Source: Octopus vulgaris
Taxonomy: Eukaryota
DNA length: 64,000 bases
Assembly: GCA_951406725.2 (NCBI GenBank)
Contig: OX597814.1
Location: 47,864,001-47,928,000 of the forward strand
Reading direction: 5' to 3'
The position numbers were made by a program, and so were the translations under genes. A model generated the notes under the pieces. That model was not told the DNA's origin. It saw nothing but the letters and a program-made list of their open reading frames with translations, and searched no databases. Positions 1 through 12,115 of this stretch are shown in pieces (position 1 is the first letter of the stretch; every line of letters starts with the position of its first letter).

Positions 1-100
1 AGAAGAGGAGGTGTAGGAGGCGTAGGAGGAGGACATCAAGGACGATGACGACGGACGACGGCTACGACGATGGTGATGAAGACAACGACGATGGTGGTGC
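1..100. repeat. Low-complexity GGA/GAC/GAT trinucleotide tract
   Basis: Degenerate (GGA)n then (GAC/GAT)n at the window start. Confidence 0.7.
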
Positions 101-531
101 AATAATAACAATATAAGAGAAATATTTTTGCAACACAACCACAATATAACTCTAGGCTCCTTCAAATGGCGCCAGTGAGATTTATATTGTTACTTAATTT
201 ATTTAAAAATTACTAAACCGAAAATTATACAATTATAACTTTCAATATCACGAAAGAACATTTAAACATGCTGTGGTCAGAGGAACAGTTTGCAAATACT
301 TGCAAATATTTAAGAATGATAATCAGATAAGAGTTAAATCTCATTCGGGCTAAGACACAAGTCTACCGCATTTAATATTCCCAGAAGATTAGATAGTTTG
401 GTTATTAAAGTGTACTGAATCAAGTGTTTTGCTCGGGAATAAAAAATATGCCTGTATTAGTTTTTGGTTGAAGCTCATTGAAATGTTAATCCAACATTTT
501 ATCAGTCATTACAAAATCACAGCAGCCAGTC

Positions 532-939
532 TCCCTTTACTCTCTTTTTACTCTTTTACTTGTTTCAGTCATTTGACTGTGGCCATGCTGGAGCACCGCC
601 TTTTAGTCGAGCAAATCGACCCCAGGACTTATTCTTTGTAAGCCTAGTACTTATTCTATCGGTCTCTTTTGCCGAACCGCTAAGTTACGGGGGCGTAAAC
701 ACACCAGCATCGGTTGTCAAGCAATGTTGGGGGGTACAAACGCAGACACACAAACACACACACACACATATATATACATATATACGACGGGCTTCTTTCA
801 GTTTCTGTCTACCAAATCCACTCACAAGAGTTTGGTCGGCCCGAGGTTATAGTAGAAGACACTTGCCCAAGGTGCCACGCAGTGGGACTGAGCCCGAAAC
901 CATGTGGTTCGTAAGCAAGCTACTTACCACACAGTCACT
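532..939 (-). mobile_element. tRNA-derived SINE, family A, near full length
   Basis: Minus strand reads GTGACTGTGTGGTAAGTAGCTTGC...GGCTCAGTCCCACTGCGTGGCACCTTGGGCAAGTG, then an internal (TA)/(TG) tract and a tail ...GGCGGTGCTCCAGCATGGCCACAGTCAAATGACTGAAACAAGTAAAAGAG. Matches other copies in the window (18121, 32614). Confidence 0.9.
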
Positions 940-2451
940 ACAAAAATGTAGAGTTATATGTCATACAAAAGTATTACATAAAATTAACGCTATCTCTATA
1001 TCAATAATTTAGTTTAATCTACGAATTATTTATTAACAAAAATGATAAAAGCAATTTGTAAAGAAGGAACATTATGATAAAAAATAACACTTGTACGAAA
1101 ATGTGTATAAAATATAGTTCATGCAACTAATCGATCAGATTATAAAGGCTGCATGACTTTTAATTTTAGTTTTATTACTTCATCGATAACTGTTATATCG
1201 TCCTATAGTTGCTTTGATTTCCACGTCACGTCTTTTCTCGTCTTGTACCTCATTGAATCTATCCTCACTAGATCTTGCTCTTCCCTCACAAAACGTCGTC
1301 CCTCTGGAATTTCTTCCTTCCCCATGACTTTCTTGCAGTTTTCCACTTGCAACTATTTATAAGGAGTCGCCTTATTAACTGCGCCGACCTCACAAGTGTC
1401 GGAGTATGTACTATGACTGTGGGAACACCTCCTTCTACCAGACAAATCAACGAAAATTAGAAGAAAAAAACCGGTCGAATTTTTTGAGATATGAACCAGT
1501 TCAATAGTTGAATAAAAAAAAAATAATGAGGGAATTACACGAAGCAGAAAATAAAGCATAAATCTGTTTATGTACCAAGTTGTAATACAATAACAAAATA
1601 TCGTTGCGTGATAGTTTTTTCTCACTTTAACTGGTGTATATGATTGCGTAACAAATTGAATCTATAAATATCGTATATCTTAATGCAGAACTCTTGATAT
1701 TAGTCTCATTTCGCTGCACAATATGTTACACTCAAGGAAACTAGCTATTAGTCTACATACAACTAGTACATTACTAATGACTGATATGAAAGGAACGGAT
1801 AAAATTGACAAGAAAATGCGTCCGTCTGGCCATATGTGGATTATATTTAAATTATATCGGTGACTTAGTGACATAAATAACTTAGAAGATAGATAGTACA
1901 AGCATCTGGGAAGGAAAATAATACAGAAACATTTCAATAACAAGGATAAAAGTTATAAAATGAATTATTGCTAGTCGAAAATACTTTATTCATAATCTAC
2001 TTATCAAGAAATTAATTATAATTTAAGACTAAAACTAGTCTCTGTTTCATTGCAGATTCCAAATCTGCTTTTAAAAATACTTGAAGATCAGTTTGATGAA
2101 TGTCGTTTTTTTTTTCTTTTCTTTTTCTTTTCTTTCGTAATAGAACCTCAACGTATTCGTTGTCGAAGAGCTTTGCAAATGAAAAATATCCGTCTTGAAA
2201 GCCAACGGAATTTATGCTAACTTCAAATTAAGATCATTCCAGATTGGTGGTGTAAAGTTGCAAAGTTTTATATTGACCAACTCACACGCACTTTATACTT
2301 TACTGTTCCATCCGTAAGTGGAACAGTAAAAATATGCAAGACTTTCCTGAAGTTCAAGAAGTGATTTTTTTTTATGTTGCTATTATCTAAAGTCCAGAGA
2401 CTTTAGATAAAAATGCTAGAAAATGCCACCTTCTTTATAATAAGAATCTAA

Positions 2452-2501
<50 letters not shown>

Positions 2502-2520
2502 AATACTAATAATAATAATA
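2452..2520. repeat. (GAT)n then (TAA)n microsatellite
   Basis: Direct reading. Confidence 0.95.
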
Positions 2521-3565
2521 ACTGTGTACTATCGAAATCGAGAGGTTAATCAGATACCTAGCCCAAAGTAAGGAACGAGGGAGTATTGAAAGCAGAGAAA
2601 AAAGGAAAAACAAAGGAAGAAGTACAAAAAAGAGACGAAAAAGAATTACGCAACAAGAGATTACACGAGCAATTCCATGTAGCCACAACAGAAGTTGCTG
2701 GAAAAAATAGGTGAGATTGGCTGAAAAAAAGGAACACTAAAAAAAGAGACCGAGAGCACTATACTGGCAACGCAAGACCAAGCTTTGGTCAAGAACTGGA
2801 GGGTCAGCCTTTGGAATGAGCAAGTGTCTCCGCTGTGCCGCATCTGTTATAGAGTGGATGAAACAATTGCTTATATCATAAATGAATGCCATAGACTTGA
2901 CCAAAACTACTACAAGTTGGGGCGGCATGATCAGGTAGCGAAAGTGCTACGTTGGAAATTGTGCAAAAAGTGGGGGCTAGAGAGAGGCAAGACATGACAT
3001 GAGGACAAACCACAGAGAGTGTCGGAGTCGGAGACTAGAAAAATCCTCTGGGATTTCCCAATCCAATCAGATCAAGTGCTAGAGTATAACAGACCGGGCA
3101 TAGTGGTGGTGGACAAGATGCACCACATGTGCTATGTGGTTGATGTTGCATGCCCCTTTGAACCACAAATAGTTTCCACCATGTGCGCCCATGAGTGATC
3201 ACGAGTGCAACACTAAGTCATGCGAACTCATACACACACAATCGTAAAAAAAATAGATAAATACAACCCTCTTAAGTACGAAAAGGCCGAGCTATGGAAA
3301 ATGAAGAAGATGAAGATAGTGCCAATTATTGTTGGGTCTTTGGGAACAGTATCAGAAGGCATCAAGAGGAATATGAAGGAAATTGGAATAGAGTGCCCAG
3401 TAGAACTGTTACGAAAGGTTTGCCTCCATGGAACGGCCAGAATAATCAGGAAAATTTCAGATAATTAAAAAGAAAGGATAGCACGGTATCGTAGGCTGCA
3501 TGTAGGAAGTCTGTTACGCATGCAATACTCCAGGAGCTCCAACAAAACCTGTAATAAAAAGAAAC

Positions 3566-3566
<1 letters not shown>
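2521..3566 (+). mobile_element. 5'-truncated, degenerate RLE-type non-LTR retrotransposon (R4/Dong-like), C-terminal part
   Basis: CCHC-like CRIC...ETIAYIINEC, then RHDQVAK, LWDFPIQSDQ...NRPGIVVVDK...VDVACP (PD-(D/E)xK region) and KIDKY...KIVPIIVGSLG. Contains stops and frameshifts. Flanked by TAA repeats on both sides. Confidence 0.85.
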
Positions 3567-3621
<55 letters not shown>

Positions 3622-3666
3622 ATACATACATACATACATACATACATACATACATACATACATACA

Positions 3667-3694
<28 letters not shown>
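3567..3694. repeat. (TAA)n + (TACA)n compound microsatellite
   Basis: Direct reading. Confidence 0.95.
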
Positions 3695-3697
<3 letters not shown>

Positions 3698-4628
3698 GTA
3701 AACATCCACAGAACACGCGTGGTTATGGTTATTTTATTTAATTTGAAGGTCTGCTACTTTTTAAAATAGTCGTTCAAAGAAAGAACATGCCCTGTTCTTT
3801 TTCACTCCGGAGACATAGGACGTAACATCAGAGTGACATGAAAAAAGAAAAAGAGAAACAAAGAATGTATTTTCATAGGTTCGACATATTTGTAAATACA
3901 GAAGAGGGTGCTGTTTGTTCATACCAAACCGAAAGCAGGCAAGGTGATCGTCTGCTTACATCTGAAGCAGATATAGATTGAAAAGAGGGCAAGAAAAACG
4001 ACAAATATTTGTTTTTTAAATGAATGTTAAAAAAACTTGCTGCCTACTTGTTTTCTAAAATCTATTCGCAATCTTGTGCTAACATTGGCGATGATGTCGT
4101 CAACATTCTGCGGCTTCCAAAGGTCTTTGATCCTAAACACAAGCTGATTGGGTTACATTCTAAACCTCACACCCTTTAAACTGAGTGTGGGTAACAGGAA
4201 ATACATATCCTATAGATAGTAACACGCGCGCGCAACGCGCATTCACAAACATCCTGATATACAATCTTTCCTCAATAAGGTCATATATACATTCTCGTTT
4301 TTAAACACACAAACACAACTCCACGCAAACTAACACAAACACACACATACAACCCCCACACACACTCACACACACCCCACACAGAATAGAGGAAATAAGA
4401 ATATCTTCCTTCTAATCTTAAAAATTTGATTACTGTTTAGCCTATTTTCAAGTATATATCTAAATGCAGATGTATGCTTGATGAGGAACACACACACACA
4501 CACACATGCACGTAAAGACGCACATATTTTATGATTTTACTTACGCATAGCTGTACTAATAACTAGTTGTTAGAACCCAATGTACATATGCTTTAGAGTA
4601 AAACATTATGCGAGTACAGAGCGTAATA

Positions 4629-4789
4629 CTAGTTTCAAAGTTTGGCGGCAAGACCAGCAATTTTACTTATTTTATCGACTCCAAAAGGATGAAAGGCAAA
4701 GCAGTATTTGAACGCAGAACGTAAAGTCGGAGGAAATGTTGTCAAACATTTCCTCCGGTGCGCTAACGATTCTTCCAGCTCACCGGCTT
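4629..4789 (-). mobile_element. SINE family B, degenerate
   Basis: Similar to other B copies. 14-bp TSD TACAGAGCGTAATA at 4615-4628 and 4790-4803. Confidence 0.8.
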
Positions 4790-4850
4790 TACAGAGCGTA
4801 ATATCGATTAACGAATGACAGGGAAACAGTAGTCACGCAATCAACTTCAT

Positions 4851-4933
4851 TAGCTTACAGCTGTATCGGCTATAAGAAGCATTGTACTCAGAGGTGAGTG
4901 TTTGTGTAACAACCTATAGCTTCCTCGGAGCCA
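4851..4933 (-). ncRNA. Degenerate type-I hammerhead-ribozyme-like motif (probable Penelope pLTR remnant)
   Basis: Minus: UGGCU-CCGAGGA-A-GCUAUAGG...CUUAUAGC-C-GAUA-CAGCUG-UA-AGCUA. Stems I and II pair, the stem III segment is palindromic, and the core has two mismatches. Confidence 0.5.
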
Positions 4934-5829
4934 TTAAAAATGAAGCCAATGTTCATTTCGGAAAGTATTTAAAGACATAGAAATTATTATATTCGGAGTC
5001 ATACATTTGGTCCAGTGGCTTTCAGGGATAAGTTAAATAATGTTAGTAAAAATATGGAAATTACATTGCTTAATCATATTCTTATAAAAATGAACTGTAA
5101 TTATGCTCTTCTTTTCCTGTCAATCTTGTAAAGTATCTTTTTGCATGCAAATTTCGTTATAAAAACTGCAAAAACATCACACTTGGTTGTTTTATCACAA
5201 CTTGGTTGTTATTTGATTGTTTTATCATAAATCTAGTAATACTGTATTTTCGATCTAAAAATGATAATCCATTTCTGAAACTTTGGAACTAAAGTGATTA
5301 AATAATTTTTTTTTTCTTTTATTTCACTTACTGTCAAAATACGCGCACCTAAGAAAGAACTGAAATGAAATCTGTAAAACAGATTTCTTTTCAAAGCATT
5401 ACTAAATAACATATCCAACTGTTTTCACACATTTCTTTTGCTGTCACTCTCCGCTTCGCCTCTGTTTGTCTATCAGTCAGTGTAACTGTCTGTTTGTCCT
5501 GTGAATTTATTTTCAAGTTATTTTATACATCACTTTAGTCAGGTGACTTGTCTTGTCAATAAGTATACCAGAAAGAAACATCGTAAAGTTTCATTAAGCA
5601 CTATTCAATAGCCCAGAAGACTTGATTGTCCAATACTTTTTGTTACGCTTCACTAAGTTTTTTTTTTTTCTAAGAGCCATCACTGACCGATGGCGTTACC
5701 CCGTCATTGTTTACATCTAAATTGAAAAGAACGGTGGCTAGCACCTAAGTGTTTTGTATTAGCCTTTATCCATTTAAACATTGTCCATCTTATCCATTAG
5801 TGAAAATGTCTTCCAATGTTAATGAGTAA

Positions 5830-6270
5830 CGACTCTGAGAAGCGTATGAAACGAAAGCCTGCACCCGGAAATTGAAATAATATAAGACTGAAAAGAAGTG
5901 AAAACCAGAACGCTATTGTGCGTGAATATCGTACTGGATCTTTAACAATTTATAACATTAAGAAACGAGGACAGTTTAATGCGGTGTATGGCCGATTCAG
6001 AGACAAATAACAGTGTTAATATGTGTAAAACTTTAGCGGGAGCAAAAGTAAACGATCGAAATTTTGAGGACTAGATGTAGTGTTATTCAAATGATTTCCT
6101 GCAAAATGATCCGAGGTATGCCGATTTTAAGACCAATGTTCATTAAAAACTCCTTACAACGGTATGAGTGTCACAAAGACTTGTGAGTTCACTGCTGGGC
6201 GGTGTAGAAATTTTTTAAATGTGGCATGGAATTCATAAACTTAATTTGTATGAGCTAAAGAATTTTTCAG
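5830..6270 (+). pseudogene. Highly degraded pogo/Tigger (CENP-B HTH, Jerky-like) transposase remnant
   Basis: Fragments resembling IVREY, LDVVLFK-W, GMPI..PM and GW...F...HGI of Tigger N-termini, with many stops. Confidence 0.45.
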
Positions 6271-8063
6271 ATATTGAGATTCTTGAAAAATAGTTACATA
6301 TTTGATGACTTGATTATAATAATAAGTTTTTTTTGTAGTCCCATTACACTGGTATATTTGAAAATCCGATCTACCCACGTCTCAAAGAGTGAATCTGTAC
6401 AAAATGTTGTCTTTAACGTTGAAGAAAATCAAGTTTCTTTAGATGCAACATAAAATTAATAGCAAAAGTAACATGTGTTGAAGATGTGTGGAGCAGTTAC
6501 AAATATGAATTAAAAATAAGTTGAAAGCAATTTTGAAATTTTCTTTCTGTTTAGCAATATAGTGGCAATACAAACGTAATGAAATCACAAAATTAATTTT
6601 AAAGTACGAGTGTTGATTTTCTCAGTATGGCGACAAATTGTACAAATATAATCACTTATGAAACAAATATTTTACTGAATAGGGTAATGATATAAACACA
6701 ATTATGGAAAAATTGTTGTTACAGCTAATATGCGAATTCCAAATCAACAGAAATGTGACTGCCTATCACCACAAAATTACTCTCAGAATGGCCTTACCAT
6801 AAGCAGAGATTTGCATTAAGCATTCCACAGAAAGAAAAAAAAATTGATAAATGGAATTACAATTAACACGTTTTTACTTTAGCGCCAAAGTTTGCCAACA
6901 TTTTCCCAGAAAGGATATTGAATAGTACAGCACAACATTCCCTTTACAATTTATACATATATAATAATATATGTTCAGATTTTAGTAAATGTACACCATG
7001 CAATGGCGTTTATAGAAACGTGCTTACATAGCCAACAGAAGGAATTAAATACACAAATGTTTACGATGTGCGTGTAATGTTATGGGTGTACTTAAACCCA
7101 TTGATACATCTACAGCCACATATGCATGCCTGCTTGCACGTGCCTGTATAATTATTTTGGATGAGTGAATAACGATATTTGCTCAAATTTGTCAGGAGGG
7201 ACATATATTTGTATGTCTCATTTAGAGGCTAAGAATAATGAAGCAAAATAAAACCGAAATATGAGAATAAATAGATGAATAACATAGGGAAATGGCGTCT
7301 ATTAGTAAAAGCTGGAGTCGTTGTCGGATTATAAGCTGTCCTGATGTGATCAAATTGTTCAGCTACAAGAACAAACTATCTGATTGAATTACCGTTGTCT
7401 CGTATCGACATTGAACCTTATCCGGCCGTTCAACTAAGCATTAATTCATGCATGACTGGCCACAATGGATTAGTGTAAACAGCGACTTTTGGCATTCTGG
7501 CCTGAGGATAGTAGACAATACCATTGTATTTAAAGTCGCCAATTAACTAATAAATTGAAATTTAATTCTAGCGTTCATTTCTGTGAAAATTCGATTTGAT
7601 GTAAAATGTAAATTATTACAGTTGTTTCTAGTTTTTGTATTCAATTTCATTGAATTGATTTCTATTTGCAGCTTATTTCTAGTTTCCATTTGAAACATTC
7701 GTAGAAGTTACAACTACTGACAAGGACGACGACAGTGACAAAGAGATGATGTATCAAGTATTGATTAACGCAATCGCAAAATCCTAAATTTTGGATTTAA
7801 AAGTATTATTCTTCTATTTTTTTTTATTACCTTCGTGTAATTGGAATGCGGCCATTCTGAGAGCATCGCCATCAACAGTTTTAGTCGATTTTGTAGACCC
7901 ACATTAATTTCTTTGATATTCATTGCATTTACGAAAAGGATTATCAGACTGGGATATAGCGAAAAGAAAAATACTACAATTTATTTATGCACGAAATACA
8001 GATTTCAACAGCGATACCACATCGATGTGTGTGTGTGTGCACATGTGTGCATGTCTCTCTCCT

Positions 8064-8131
<68 letters not shown>

Positions 8132-8132
<1 letters not shown>

Positions 8133-8176
8133 TTTATTTGTTTCAGTCATTTGACTGCGGCCATGCTGGAGCACCG

Positions 8177-8180
<4 letters not shown>
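8132..8180 (-). mobile_element. SINE A 3' tail fragment inside a (TA)n tract
   Basis: TTGTTTCAGTCATTTGACTGCGGCCATGCTGGAGCACCGCCTT matches the SINE A tail. Confidence 0.8.
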
Positions 8181-8209
<29 letters not shown>

Positions 8210-8212
<3 letters not shown>

Positions 8213-9350
8213 CGGGTGGAGAAAATGATGGAAACACCTTAAAATTTCAAACAAATTTATTTTAATATGGAGTAGGACCGCATTTGGCAGTAATTACAGC
8301 TTGAATTCTACGAGGTATGGACTCATACAAAGTTTAAATTGTTTCCAAAGGGATTTTTGTTCATTCTTCAGCTGAAACAGTCTCCAGTTCTTGTAGTGAT
8401 GATGGTGGAGGATATGGACTCCTTATTTGTTTTTCTAAAATGCACCATAAATGTTCAATAATATTGAGTTCTGGGGACTGTGGTGGCCAGATAAGATGTT
8501 CAACTTCACTAGAATGTTCCCCGAGCCATTTAGTAACAACTTTAGCTGTGTGAATTGGTGCATTATCATCCTGAATGATTGCGTTACCCTCCGGATACAG
8601 TTCTGCAACTACAGGATGAATTTGATAAGATAAAATGCTTAAATAGTCTTGTCTATTAATTCTGCCATGAAAGGAAATCATTGGGCCAGCGGATTTACAA
8701 GATGTAGCCCCCCCTCCCGATCATCACAGTTCCTCCTCCATGTTTAACAGTTGGAAGAAAGCAGTCTGGGTCAAATACTTCTTTTGGCTGGTGGTCGGAA
8801 ATAAGGTAAATGATGACTCGTCTGAGAAAATAACATTCTTCCACTACTCTAGGGACCAATTCTATAGGTTTTACTCCACTCTAAACGCTCTGCAACGTTT
8901 GTTTTTGAAAGTAGTGGTTTTCTGATTGCAGCCCTCCCGTGAAATCCGGCTTTGTGCAGATCCCGGCGAACAGTTTTTGGTGGTCATTAAGCTCTGCAGT
9001 AATTTGGGGAGCTGTACTTTGGTGATCTTTTCTAACAATTCACGTAAGAGTCCAACGGTGTTTATCTGAAAGTTTTGGTTTTCTTCCGGAGTTTCGTTTC
9101 GATGAGGAGGTTTTTTTCTCCTCTTTCTCTACTTTCGAGACAGTACTTCTTGATACATCAAACATTTCGGGTGTTTTCGTTATGCTAGCGCCTGCCATAC
9201 GAGCACCAACAATTTGACATCTTTGAAAGTCCAACAGACCTGTCATTTTAAGGAATTTTAATTACCTTTTTCTGATAATATCTGAAAAGAAACAACAATT
9301 TTAGCAAAGCATATTAAGCAACACTAATTATAAATAAAAAAACATAAAAA
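8210..9350 (-). mobile_element. Tc1-family DNA transposon, degenerate transposase (DD36E spacing), one TIR visible
   Basis: N-terminal paired-like HTH (LLDFQRCQIVGARMAGASITK...SGRKPKLS), VIFSDES, and QDDNAPIHT...WPPQSPELNIIEHLW. TIR-like GGGTGGAGAAAATGATGGAAACACC abuts a TA run. Frameshifted. Confidence 0.9.
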
Positions 9351-9546
9351 ATTCAGAAGTCTACTCTGTTGGAAACAGCAAGGATGGTAAAAAAAAAAAA
9401 AGATCCACGATATCTAATGAAACTGGTTGTGACCAGATAGTAAGCACATTGATTCTGAATATACGAGAGTAACTAAATTTGTTTAGTAGATTAATTCCAC
9501 TAAACATGAATTAAAATTTAAAGTATGTAACAGTATACTACAGATT

Positions 9547-9928
9547 GTGGAGGCGCAATGGCCCAGGGGTTAGGGCAGCGAACTCGCGGTCGTAGGATCG
9601 CGGTTTCGATTCCCAGACCGGGCCTTGTGAGTGTTTATTGAGCGAAAACACCTATAGCTCCACGAGGCTCCGGCAGGGATGGTGGTGATCCCTGCTGTAC
9701 TGTTTCACCACAACTTTCTCTCACTCTTACTTCCTGTTTCTGTTGTACCTGTATTTCAAAGGGCCGGCCTTGTCACTCTCTGTGTCACGCTGAATATCCC
9801 CGAGAACTACGTTAAGGGTACACGTGTCTGTGGAGTGCTCAGCCACTTACACGTTAATTTCACGAGCAGGCTGTTCCGTTGATCGGATCAACCGGAACCC
9901 TCGTCGTCGTAACCGACGGAGAGCTTCC
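9547..9928 (+). mobile_element. tRNA-derived SINE, family C, full length
   Basis: Head GGAGGCGCAATGGCCCAGGGGTTAGGGCAGCG...GGTTTCGATTCCC (A/B boxes). 12-bp TSD ATACTACAGATT at 9535-9546 and 9929-9940. Confidence 0.9.
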
Positions 9929-10379
9929 ATACTACAGATTACAGATATTTATTATATCGCTCCCGACCCAGAACATATTGGGAGAAAAAAGCTGATTCAG
10001 ATAAGAAAATAACTTTAAAATGATAAAGTTTCTGACTTGATTCTTTGTCATGTATTTCCAACAATTGTTGTAATGTTTGGATATTTCAAAGTATCAACAT
10101 GATTGCAAAATCGATCCATGGTTATAGATTAACTTACTCATATAATCAGCCGGTTGGCTTTAAGGCTGAAAAAAATTCTGATTTTGTTTTGTTTTATTTT
10201 GTTTTTCAGGGTGTTAAACAAAACCGGATTTACAACATATCGATTTCCAGGTGATTTCAAAAGGTTAAAACTATGTGAAGCTTAAAACTTATTCAAATTA
10301 TATAATCATAAGAACAAAAGAATAAAAAGTGTAAATAATATAATTTCAACGTAGATTATTTTCTAAATGTACTAACTTT

Positions 10380-11100
10380 GGATCTATTCCATCTCAATCA
10401 TAGATTTTTAAAATTAATTTTCCGGGTCATCTCTACTAAATGTCACCACTCTGTTCTATTCGTACGGCGTGAGAAGATGATGTCACCTTTATCCTTTCTT
10501 CCTTTCTAGTCAACACCGTGCATTCCTTACTCTATCCCTCCCTTCTACACTATCAACTAGCAACTGCCACTACAATTACCGTATTTTCCGGTGTATAAGC
10601 CGCTATTTGTTTTGTTTTACCTTCATGTTTTGATAATGTTATTTTTATCTAAAGACTTTTATATTGACGAAATGTGTTTGTTGTTGATTATAGGAAGATA
10701 AAATCATGACAATAGCAATACATCTCATAGTTGTAAAATAAGGCATTTCGAAGCTACATATACGTCAACTACAAAAAAGCTAGCTGCGGACTCGTTGCTC
10801 TATGGTGTTGATTCTTCGATCAGAGTGGTGACATTTAGTAGAGATGACCCGGAAGTTGTTCCTCTTCGATTACTATCGTACACAGCAGTAGCTTTCTTCA
10901 ACCGAATACATGTCGTTGATTGGTTGAAATTACCCAAATACGACAACTTTAACACGAAATAACTTCTAGAATACAAAATGTTGTCAAAAACGTTCAGAGT
11001 AAACCGTCTTCCACGTGAAAATTTCTACCAATATTCGAAGTTTCAAACTGTTTAGTTAGAAAAATTAATTGAAAATCTGTGGTTGAGATGGAATAGATCC
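10380..11100. mobile_element. Non-autonomous TIR element (GGATC termini, 8-bp TSD; Merlin-like)
   Basis: TIR GGATCTATTCCATCTCAA / TTGAGATGGAATAGATCC. Perfect TSD CTAACTTT (10372-10379, 11101-11108). Second internal inverted repeat at 10421-10453 / 10821-10853. Confidence 0.85.
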
Positions 11101-11574
11101 CTAACTTTTACCGAAATACTAGTAAAGTTGATAGACGAACAATAATATTCTCACCTTAATACTCCATAAGCATCCACGAAGAGATGAATTGAGTTAATAA
11201 TGAAAGTGTAAACTTTAACATACAAAACCACCGCTGATCTCATTTTATTGAAATTACATCCAAATATAAATGGAGTGTTAGCGATTAATATATTAGTATA
11301 AAATCTGAAAAAGAGGTAACTGGTTATAGTCTGTGTTAGTGACAATCATTCCATTGGAGAGTTTGTAGAAAGGTGTGATAACTTCGGTTGCCGAGAAAAG
11401 TAAGGAAATTGACGTTTCGATTTCTTGCTCTTTGACTGAGAACAAGGAAAAGAAAGTGGCAATGTCATTTTGGTTGAAGTCAGTGAATGATAAAGAGAGA
11501 AAAAGGTAATGTTATTTGCTTAAGTTCACTAATGTCTGACAACAGCCTGATGGCCAGAATAATACAAAGAACCA

Positions 11575-11787
11575 AATAGTCTTTCTACTATAAGCACAAG
11601 GCTTGAAAATCTGAAGGAGGGAATTGGTTGGTCACATCGACTCCAGTGCTTGGCTGGTGCTTATTTTGTCGTCCTTAAAGGATGAAAGGCAAAATCGACC
11701 TCGGCGGCATTTGAACACAGAACGTAATGTCGGAAGAAATGCCACAAGTATTTTCTTCCGGCATGCTAACGATTCTACTAGTTCGCT
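11575..11787 (-). mobile_element. SINE family B, diverged
   Basis: GGATGAAAGGCAAAATCGACCTCGGCGGCATTTGAAC core shared with other B copies. Confidence 0.75.
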
Positions 11788-11975
11788 GAATTACGAGCTA
11801 CAGAGTATCAATTGATTCTAATACGTGGTTTCTCACATTTATAAATGCACATGATTATTTTGGCAACCTGGAACCAAAAGGAGAAAGGAGAAAGGAGGGA
11901 AAAAAGTTGTCTATACATGAGTGTATATGTGTGTGCGTTTGTCTGTTTGTGAGTATGTGAGCGCGCGCGTGCGTA

Positions 11976-12115
<140 letters not shown>

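Noticed and set aside
9547-9625. tRNA-like sequence (also 25580-25661, 51862-51925, 58705-58760)
   Set aside because: No proper acceptor stem, and each continues into a repeat body, with a TSD where the element is intact. These are SINE heads, not tRNA genes.
11405-11450. Additional hammerhead on the minus strand (…TCGAAACGTCAA)
   Set aside because: Only the GAAAC half is recognisable; the core and stems are too degraded.
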